Part shown: positions 1 to 6,050 of the stretch, in pieces
How the letters are laid out: every line of letters starts with the position of its first letter
Numbering within the stretch: the stretch's first letter is position 1
Assembly: GCA_030167145.1 (NCBI GenBank)
Contig: CP126532.1
Coordinates: forward strand, 4,470,001 to 4,502,000
Source: Ktedonobacterales bacterium
GTDB taxonomy: Bacteria; Chloroflexota; Ktedonobacteria; Ktedonobacterales; JADMIN01
Length of the DNA: 32,000 nucleotides
Reading direction: 5' to 3'
Made by a program: the position numbers and the translations under genes
Notes under the pieces: model-generated
Database searches by the model: none
Seen by the model: the letters and a program-made list of their open reading frames with translations, nothing else
Told to the model about the DNA's origin: nothing

Positions 1-165
1 GCCCACGCCCGCGACCTCTACCGCATCTCCCAGGAGTGGTATGGCCAGCAAGCGCAGCCGCGCCTCGAACTCTTCACCTACACCGCCGCCGAAACCCGCT
101 CCGAGCTGCTCGCCCACGCCGAAAGCCATGGCCGCTGGATCGAATGGCTCGGCCCCAACATGTGA
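1..165 (+). CDS. 3' end of an unidentified protein-coding gene (partial, runs off the window start)
   Basis: Frame 1 is open from base 1 to TGA at 163-165 (AHARDLYRISQEWYGQQAQPRLELFTYTAAETRSELLAHAESHGRWIEWLGPNM*). Third-position G/C bias is like neighbouring genes. No family recognised. Confidence 0.4.
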   Translation, partial: AHARDLYRISQEWYGQQAQPRLELFTYTAAETRSELLAHAESHGRWIEWLGPNM

Positions 166-176
166 ATCACCTCACA
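161..176. promoter_or_regulatory. Putative CRP/FNR-family operator, exact TGTGA-N6-TCACA
   Basis: TGTGA (161-165), ATCACC, TCACA (172-176). It overlaps the upstream stop codon and a second palindrome CTCACA-C-TGTGAG (171-183). A -10-like CATACT lies at 216-221, and the lipoprotein ATG is at 274. Confidence 0.3.
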
Positions 177-273
177 CTGTGAGCTACGCCACAGAATGCC
201 GCCGCGTCCGTTCGTCATACTGACAAGGCGAATTGGCGCGCATCGTGGCGCGCTGGCGAGAGGGAGCGGACCC

Positions 274-2601
274 ATGCGATGGAAGCAGAGCAGGCTGCGC
301 TACGTGTGGCGCGGCGCAGTGGTTATCATGCTGGCATGCGCCATCGCAGCCTGCGGCAGCGCAGCAGCGAAGAACACGCCGCACGCGACACCGGGCGCGA
401 CATCAACGGCGACTATTGTCCCCAGCCCAACACCAGTGCCCAGAACCTGGAATCTCGTCACCAGTCCCGGCGTGGGCGCGGAAGGCAACCTGATCGCTGT
501 CGCAGCAAGCTCGGCCACGGACGCCTGGGCCGTCGGCCAGTACGAGGGCACGGATAGCCTGCAACGCACGCTCACCGAGCATTGGGACGGCACACGCTGG
601 AGTTTCGTCCCCAGCCCCAACCCCGGCCAGGTCAGCAACATCCTGCAGGGCGTCGCCGCGCTCTCGCCCACCAACGCCTGGGCCGTCGGCTATCAAGCCG
701 CTGCTACTCCCAGTTCCTCCGGCCCGCTGATCGAACATTGGAATGGCTCGCAGTGGAGCGTCGTCCCCAGTGCCAACCTCGGCGCAAACCAATCGCTCGC
801 CACATTGAGCGGCGTTGCCGCGTCTTCCGCCAGCGATGTCTGGGCCGTGGGCAACATCCAAACACGTAACAGCCAGGGTCAGTTCGCGGGAGAGATCCCC
901 GTAATCGAACACTGGAACGGCACACAGTGGAGCGTCTCGCAGACTCCCACCATCCCCCCGTCATCACAGGGCGAATCACCATTCGCCACACTCAGCGCGG
1001 TGACGTCCATCGCAGCCAACAACGTCTGGGCCGTCGGCTCAACTGGCAACGTGGCGCTCATCGAACACTGGAATGGCAGCCAGTGGAGCATCGTTCCAGG
1101 GGCGGCTACGAGCGCGCAAGGCGGTGGACTCTCTGATATCTCAGCCCTCTCAGCCAGCGACATCTGGGCGGTAGGTACAGGTCCGCTCGCGCCTCTGCAT
1201 GGCTGTGGTACGGAAAACGGCGTCGTGATTGAGCACTGGAATGGCGCAAAATGGTCCAGTGTGCCCAACCCGCAGCCGCCAGGCCACCAGTACGGGTACT
1301 CACTGGCGAGTGTCACGGCAGTCTCTGCAAATGATGTGTGGGCAGTCGGCGGCGTGTTGGCCTATGCGAGTGACGACAGTACCTCCTTCGCTCCGCTGAT
1401 CGAGCACTGGAATGGCACAACCTGGGCAATCACTTCCGGGCCAAGCACTGGTACCGCGCAAGGGCTGACCGGCATTGCGACGGCCGCTGGCGCCGTCTGG
1501 ACCGTCGGCCAGCTTGAGGCCACCAATGGCCCCGGCGCTACGCTGGTCGCGCAACTCAGCGGCAGTCAGTGGTCCGTCGTCGCCAGCCCCAGCCCCGGTA
1601 CACTCCAGAATGCCTTGCACAGCGTGGCCGCGACCTCTCCTCAGAACGTCTGGGCGGTTGGCTCCTCCGCTGGCGGCACACTCACCGAACGCTGGAACGG
1701 CGTTCAGTGGAGCGCCATTCCCAGCCCAAACGCCACCAATGTGGGCAATATGCTCAACAGCGTGACGGCAGCTTCGGCCACTGATATGTGGGCGGTGGGC
1801 ATCGCGGATGTCATCAACAGCAGCGGCTATGGCGAGCACCGGGCGCTTACGATGCGCTGGGATGGCGCCCAGTGGTCCGTAGTCGCCAACCCAGCGAGTG
1901 GAGGCTCATCCTGGGCCGAACTTGATGGCGTTTCATCAGCCTCCTCAACCGATGTCTGGGCGGTGGGTTCCCAGAACAACGCCCCATTGATCGAGCACTG
2001 GAATGGCAGCCAGTGGCGCACTGTGCCCAGTCCCCAAGGAAGCAATGTTCAAGATGATACGCTTGAAGGTGTGCTGGCGCTTTCACCCGACAATGCTTGG
2101 GCAGTGGGGGGCGATGTGCCACATAGTTGCGGCGGTACCGCTCCGGCGCTGATCGAGCATTGGGATGGCAAGCAGTGGTCGGTCACCCCCCATACCCCAG
2201 ACGGCGTGCTCTACAGCCTGGCGGCAGTTGGACCAAACGACATATGGGCGGCCGGATATGCTGACAGCTCGCTGCTGTTCATGCACTGGAATGGCACGCA
2301 GTGGTCGGTTGTCCCTGGCCCCCACGGCGCTACCGGCCAGATCACCGGCATCGCCGCGCTCTCTACAACAAATGTCTGGGCGGTCGGCTACGCCTACACC
2401 AATGGCGGGCAAGCGATACGCATTGCGCATTGGGATGGCAAAGCTTGGAGCGATGTCCAAGGAAATGCCCCCGGCCTGGGCGATAACGCGCTGCGCGGCA
2501 TAGCGGCAGCCTCGGCAACTGATCTGTGGGCGGTCGGCTCCTATGACATGGACACCGGCGGAAACGCCACCCAGTCGCTGATTATGCGCTACACCGGATG
2601 A
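274..2601 (+). CDS. Secreted lipoprotein made of 14 tandem beta-propeller-type repeats (WAVG ... IEHWNGxQWSxVPSP), function unknown
   Basis: ATG at 274 is preceded by AGGGAG (261-266). The track ORF starts at 196, but its extension has no signal-peptide logic. N-terminus MRWKQSRLRYVWRGAVVIMLACAIAAC has a positive n-region, a hydrophobic core and lipobox I-A-A-C. There are 14 WAVG-type motifs and 14 HW(N/D)G-type strands at about 45-55 aa spacing. Confidence 0.85.
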   Translation: MRWKQSRLRYVWRGAVVIMLACAIAACGSAAAKNTPHATPGATSTATIVPSPTPVPRTWNLVTSPGVGAEGNLIAVAASSATDAWAVGQYEGTDSLQRTLTEHWDGTRWSFVPSPNPGQVSNILQGVAALSPTNAWAVGYQAAATPSSSGPLIEHWNGSQWSVVPSANLGANQSLATLSGVAASSASDVWAVGNIQTRNSQGQFAGEIPVIEHWNGTQWSVSQTPTIPPSSQGESPFATLSAVTSIAANNVWAVGSTGNVALIEHWNGSQWSIVPGAATSAQGGGLSDISALSASDIWAVGTGPLAPLHGCGTENGVVIEHWNGAKWSSVPNPQPPGHQYGYSLASVTAVSANDVWAVGGVLAYASDDSTSFAPLIEHWNGTTWAITSGPSTGTAQGLTGIATAAGAVWTVGQLEATNGPGATLVAQLSGSQWSVVASPSPGTLQNALHSVAATSPQNVWAVGSSAGGTLTERWNGVQWSAIPSPNATNVGNMLNSVTAASATDMWAVGIADVINSSGYGEHRALTMRWDGAQWSVVANPASGGSSWAELDGVSSASSTDVWAVGSQNNAPLIEHWNGSQWRTVPSPQGSNVQDDTLEGVLALSPDNAWAVGGDVPHSCGGTAPALIEHWDGKQWSVTPHTPDGVLYSLAAVGPNDIWAAGYADSSLLFMHWNGTQWSVVPGPHGATGQITGIAALSTTNVWAVGYAYTNGGQAIRIAHWDGKAWSDVQGNAPGLGDNALRGIAAASATDLWAVGSYDMDTGGNATQSLIMRYTG

Positions 2602-2655
2602 GCATGTCCTCTCGTATCCCTGGTTGGTGAGCCGTTTCCGCGCCTATTGCGAGCG

Positions 2656-4236
2656 CTATGGGGGCGGCCCACCACCACCTGGCCCCGCCACCACCAGCCG
2701 CAGGTCGCTCTCTGGCAGCGCCACCGAGCCGGGTGTCGGTGTCTGATCCAGCACCGTGCCAGACACGACCCCCGGCGCGGCTCGTTCCTCCACTCCCGTC
2801 ACCTTGAAGCCCGCCTGCCGTGCCTGCCCCATCGCCTGCACCACCCGGATGCCACGCAAATCCGGCACCGGGGCCATCAGATTGATGGCGACCACAGACG
2901 CCCAGCGCAGGTTCGTCTGCTTTTGCTTGTTCGCCGCGATGATGCTGTCGCGCTCCTTTTGTTGATTGCGCTGCTCGAAGATGCGATCCATGATCTGGAA
3001 AACCTTGGGAATGCTCGAGATATTCAACGCCGATTTGCGCCCAGCAGTGCTGACCTCGATGCTGCCGAATCCCAACGCCTTGCCAACAATATTCCGGTTG
3101 ACCCGCACCTCCTGAATCCGCGAGTACGGCGCGTCATTGCTGTACTCCGCCAGAATGTAGAAGAGCCGATCAATGTCAATCACGCGATGTGTCGTGAGGA
3201 TAAAGACATCGTCCGCCCAGTTCACATACACCAGCAGCCCCACCACCACAGCCACGCCGATCCCCGCCGCGAGAATCAGATTCCCCCGCATCGCATCGCC
3301 GCGAATATCCAAGAAGAGACCGATGCCCACACCTACAATGAGCAGTCCAATAGCGATGATCTCGTCTTTGACCAGAATCGCCCAGTGGCGATACACCACC
3401 TCCACAATGCTCTCACCTTCGAGATAGCGTATCGGAATCTTGCGGAAGAAGAAGCTGATGAACGGCGCTTTGACGATAGGCGGCCCAACCGCTGGCAGCG
3501 GATCTGGCTGCGCCATCTCATTCAGGTCGTCCTGCAGCTTCTTGTTGCGCAGCGGCGGCATCTGGCCGCCCGGCGCGCCCGCCGCAGTGGGTGCGCCGGG
3601 TGCGCCGCCAGGTGCGCCGCCGGGTGCGCCGGGCGCATTGGCCGGGGGCAGGCCGAAGCGCGGATCATCCATAATCGCGAGGATAGAGTCGGCGGCGTCA
3701 CGTGCGTTGGCCATGCCCGTCAGTTCAATCTCCGGGCCAATCGGGCGCACCGCCACATTGCCGATATTGAAGATCGCATAGAAGATGTTGGGTACCTCTG
3801 CCCGCACCTGCGCAATGCTAGAAATCGGGATCTCATCGCGCTGGCGGTTAAAATACCCGCGCGATTTGATGACCCGCTGGTCGGTGAGCACGTAAAACTG
3901 GAAGAACCAGTTCCACAGGTCGCTTATCAGCCAGTGCAGCACGAAGATGCCCAGCAGCGCCACCCCAATGATCTCAACCACCGCTGGCAAATTATTGCCC
4001 AGCCAAACGTGCAGCAAGAGCAATACGAGCGCCGCCAGCATCAATGGCGCACCGGTGGCGAGCAAAAAGAGATGCGACTGCCGGCGCACCCAGACCAGTC
4101 GCTCACCTGGGTTCAAGTTCCGGAAGACAGTCGAGCGACCTGGCGGAGGTGGCGGCTGCACATGCCTCGGCACAATGCGTTGGTGGGCATGGTGGTTGAT
4201 CTGCGGTGGCTGCCCCGGCGGTGTGGCTGCGCTCAT
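2656..4236 (-). CDS. YdbT-like membrane protein: two TM-hairpin + bPH_2 (DUF304) modules, an Ala/Pro/Gly linker and a C-terminal PASTA domain
   Basis: ATG at 4236 with AAGGA 7 nt upstream. Two copies of TM pair + bPH-like core (FYVLTDQRVIKSRGYFNRQRDEIPISSIAQV; FILTTHRVIDIDRLFYILAEYSNDAPYSRIQEV). The C-terminal 70 aa, VPDLRGIRVVQAMGQARQAGFKVTGVEERAAPGVVSGTVLDQTPTPGSVALPESDLRLVVAG, matches the PASTA pattern. The overlapping + ORF 2647..4377 is an R/H/Q-rich shadow. Confidence 0.8.
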   Translation of the reverse strand: MSAATPPGQPPQINHHAHQRIVPRHVQPPPPPGRSTVFRNLNPGERLVWVRRQSHLFLLATGAPLMLAALVLLLLHVWLGNNLPAVVEIIGVALLGIFVLHWLISDLWNWFFQFYVLTDQRVIKSRGYFNRQRDEIPISSIAQVRAEVPNIFYAIFNIGNVAVRPIGPEIELTGMANARDAADSILAIMDDPRFGLPPANAPGAPGGAPGGAPGAPTAAGAPGGQMPPLRNKKLQDDLNEMAQPDPLPAVGPPIVKAPFISFFFRKIPIRYLEGESIVEVVYRHWAILVKDEIIAIGLLIVGVGIGLFLDIRGDAMRGNLILAAGIGVAVVVGLLVYVNWADDVFILTTHRVIDIDRLFYILAEYSNDAPYSRIQEVRVNRNIVGKALGFGSIEVSTAGRKSALNISSIPKVFQIMDRIFEQRNQQKERDSIIAANKQKQTNLRWASVVAINLMAPVPDLRGIRVVQAMGQARQAGFKVTGVEERAAPGVVSGTVLDQTPTPGSVALPESDLRLVVAGPGGGGPPP

Positions 4237-4277
4237 CGCTTAATCCTTGCTAACCCTCACAGGTCTCGCCTGACCCA

Positions 4278-4880
4278 TCAATGCTTTCCGTTCGCGCTAG
4301 CCTTCTTCATCTGGCTGGCGACGAAGAGCACGCCCAGCAAGCCAAGCAAACTCGCACCGAACACCATCGGCAGATAGTCCGAGACGGTGGCGCTGCCGGG
4401 AGTATTGATCACGATGGGGCCGCCAGACGAAAAATAGTGGGTGATGTAGTACGCGATAGCCGCGCCATTGATGGCGCCGGGAATGACTCCCGCTATCCGA
4501 TGGCTGGCAGTAGTGGCTTCGGTACCATGGTTGATTGCTGCTCGATAGCCTGCGATGGTGAGACCCAGGAAGGTGATCCGCGAGATCGCGGTTTGCAAGG
4601 CCTGCAATTGGATATACGCCGTATTGGCGGCCGGCGCGGGTGGCGCTGCCCCACCGCCACTGGCGATCAGGGGACCACCGAGCACCGTGCTGCCTCCCAG
4701 GCCAACGAACGTATTGATCAAGAAGTTGGAAATCATCTTGTCGCCGCCGTTGGAAAGCAACAGCACGCTACTCAGCACGATGGCGGCGGTGAGCGATTCT
4801 TTGTACACCCCGCGTCTGGCTCCATTCGCGCCCGCGAGGGCCAGCGCCCCAAGAAACGCTTGGGTTGGTTCAATGACCAC
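4278..4880 (-). CDS. Gly/Ala-rich polytopic membrane protein, unknown family, apparently co-transcribed with the YdbT-like gene
   Basis: GTG start at 4880 with strong RBS GAAGGAG 7 nt upstream. Several hydrophobic segments. C-terminal TM followed by a basic tail (LLGLLGVLFVASQMKKASANGKH). 41-nt gap to the next gene on the same strand. Confidence 0.7.
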   Translation of the reverse strand: MVIEPTQAFLGALALAGANGARRGVYKESLTAAIVLSSVLLLSNGGDKMISNFLINTFVGLGGSTVLGGPLIASGGGAAPPAPAANTAYIQLQALQTAISRITFLGLTIAGYRAAINHGTEATTASHRIAGVIPGAINGAAIAYYITHYFSSGGPIVINTPGSATVSDYLPMVFGASLLGLLGVLFVASQMKKASANGKH

Positions 4881-5152
4881 GGTTCCACTCCTTCTCCACT
4901 GCCTGTGTCTTCTCGGCCATTCTGCCCCGCGACAGGCGTATCAGGCCGTATCGGACCGCCTCAGCCACACAAGCGCCTATGATCCACGTCACAGGGCGCT
5001 TCGCGCGCTAATCGTCTGCCGCGCGTTTCCCTGACAGGTTGATCGCAGAATGCGTACCAGCGGACCGGACGGCATGACTCGACATAATATGAGGCAAGTT
5101 TTGTACCCAAACTCCGCACCACGTCCACCATTTCCCCTCCCACCACCGCCTC

Positions 5153-5181
5153 TTGTAACCAAAGAACATTCGTTCTATACT
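5153..5181 (+). promoter_or_regulatory. Putative sigma-70-type promoter TTGTAA-17nt-TATACT firing into the repeat block
   Basis: TTGTAA at 5153-5158, 17-nt spacer, TATACT at 5176-5181. It lies in the only AT-richer patch of this intergenic region. No CDS follows for about 960 nt. Confidence 0.35.
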
Positions 5182-5207
5182 ATCCTCAGTACCGGTGAGC
5201 TAGAACA

Positions 5208-5245
5208 CAGCGCCGCAGGCTCTTGGATGGAGCCATGCGGCGCTG
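5208..5245 (+). other. Strong stem-loop (15 bp with one bulged A, 7-nt loop) about 27 nt downstream of the putative -10
   Basis: CAGCGCCGCAGGCTC (5208-5222) pairs with GAGCC-A-TGCGGCGCTG (5230-5245). Loop is TTGGATG. No U-tract follows on either strand, so it is not a classical intrinsic terminator. Confidence 0.6.
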
Positions 5246-5310
5246 CCTGTCTTCATTCCCGGCCACATCGGCCACTCCCCACGGAGGGTTACATGCCACG
5301 TCACATTTCC

Positions 5311-5361
5311 GGCCACATCGGCCACATCGGCCACATCGGCCACATCGGCCACATCGGCCAC
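5311..5361. repeat. Perfect 9-bp tandem repeat GGCCACATC x5.7 (a further 1.7 copies at 5261-5275)
   Basis: Read directly: GGCCACATC at 5311, 5320, 5329, 5338 and 5347, then GGCCAC at 5356-5361. Confidence 0.95.
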
Positions 5362-5845
5362 TGCAGTCACTGCAGTGGGGCAGACATTCTTGTCTGCCCG
5401 CGCACGAAAATCGGCAGCATCGGCAACTGCCCTTCATGCATGCAATACGAAATCGCGGCGAAAACGGCGAAAATTCTACAGTCACCTCCGGCCATACCCC
5501 GTCATTCCCCTTCAACACATGGCCAAAATCGGCAGCATCGGCAACTGCCCATCATGCGGAAATCTCCAAATCGGCAAAATCGGCAACTCCGGCCACCACC
5601 CGCTGTATCCCTGCTCCAGGATCACCCGTGGCATTTATGCTACGAACTCGCCTCACCACTACCTTCACTCTCCGCGATCAATCGCAAAATCGGCGGAATT
5701 GGCGGAATCGGCGGAATCGGCAACTCCGGCCACCACATCAACCGCGATTTGCGGCGAAAACGGCGAAAAATCTCCCCCATTTCCTGTCATCTCCCGTCAT
5801 TCGCCCCCAACATACCCGCAAAATCGGCAGCATCGGCAACTCTAT

Positions 5846-5878
5846 ATCGGCCATTTATCGGCCATTTATCGGCCATTT
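5846..5878. repeat. Perfect 11-bp tandem repeat ATCGGCCATTT x3
   Basis: Copies at 5846-5856, 5857-5867 and 5868-5878. The last copy overlaps the start of the 34-bp duplication. Confidence 0.95.
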
Positions 5879-5938
5879 CGGCCACGCTGGCAACTGCGAA
5901 AATCGGCCATTTCGGCCACGCTGGCAACTGCGAAAATC
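5871..5938. repeat. Perfect 34-bp tandem duplication GGCCATTTCGGCCACGCTGGCAACTGCGAAAATC x2
   Basis: 5871-5904 and 5905-5938 are identical. The unit length is not a multiple of 3. Confidence 0.95.
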
Positions 5939-6050
5939 GGCAGCATCGGCAACTCTCATCGCTGCAAATCAAAAATCGGCAGCATCGGCAACTCCCGCAA
6001 CTGGTCTTTTTTGCGCACAACATGTATGTGCGGCGAAAACGGCGAAAATA

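Larger units (their letters stand above)
5254..6050. repeat. Composite non-coding array of short direct repeats with a CGGC/ATCGGC core (9-bp, 11-bp, 22-bp, 34-bp units and a dispersed 19-mer module)
   Basis: Exact 22-mer AAAATCGGCAGCATCGGCAACT starts at 5407, 5525, 5820, 5933 and 5972. Exact 19-mer GCGGCGAAAACGGCGAAAA starts at 5455, 5751 and 6030. ATCGGCAACT occurs 7 times and GGCAACT 9 times. Related blocks lie at 5568-5599 and 5686-5736. Copies fall in different reading phases, so conservation is at the nucleotide level. Confidence 0.9.

Noticed and set aside
3575-3650. Imperfect GGTGCGCCG(CC) tandem repeats encoding the APGAPGGAPGGAPGAP linker in the YdbT-like protein, considered as a phase-variation tract
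   Set aside because: The units are imperfect and in-frame, encoding a plausible flexible linker between domains. Nothing suggests on/off switching. Length polymorphism between strains is possible but unremarkable.
2647-4377. Long + strand ORF (576 aa) overlapping the YdbT-like gene. Similar long antisense or off-frame ORFs occur at 10511..13246 (+, 911 aa), 17735..19123 (-, 462 aa), 14938..16272 (+, 444 aa) and 8216..9052 (-, 278 aa).
   Set aside because: These are typical high-GC shadow ORFs. Their translations are R/H/Q/A-rich low-complexity sequence with no motifs, whereas the opposite or other frame carries unambiguous family signatures (bPH/PASTA, PriA, SecA, methyltransferase/kinase, PsiE-like).
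4961-5146. 61-aa minus-strand ORF upstream of the 4278..4880 gene
   Set aside because: Third-position GC is clearly lower than in neighbouring genes, the RBS is poor or too close, and no motif is present. It more likely lies in the 5' untranslated or promoter region of the minus-strand operon.
5311-5361. DnaA-box cluster / replication origin. The tandem 9-mer read as TCGGCCACA matches the high-GC DnaA box TTGTCCACA at 7 of 9 positions.
   Set aside because: The copies are head-to-tail with no spacing. There is no convincing AT-rich unwinding element and no dnaA, dnaN or other origin-linked genes nearby. The other repeat types do not resemble DnaA boxes. It would need GC-skew analysis of the whole replicon to revisit.
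5784-5800. Pho-box-like direct repeat CTGTCAT-CTC-CCGTCAT near a PsiE-like (phosphate-starvation-inducible family) gene
   Set aside because: The period is 10 bp rather than the 11 bp of the E. coli Pho box. The site is about 350 bp upstream of hyuA and 2.5 kb from the psiE-like gene, it is part of the repeated C-rich tail, and PhoB/PhoP site consensus in this lineage is unknown. The similarity is probably coincidental.
5400-6000. CRISPR array formed by the five exact 22-mers
   Set aside because: The repeat is too short. Spacers are wildly irregular (about 96, 273, 91 and 17 nt) and themselves consist of related repeats. There are no cas genes in the window.
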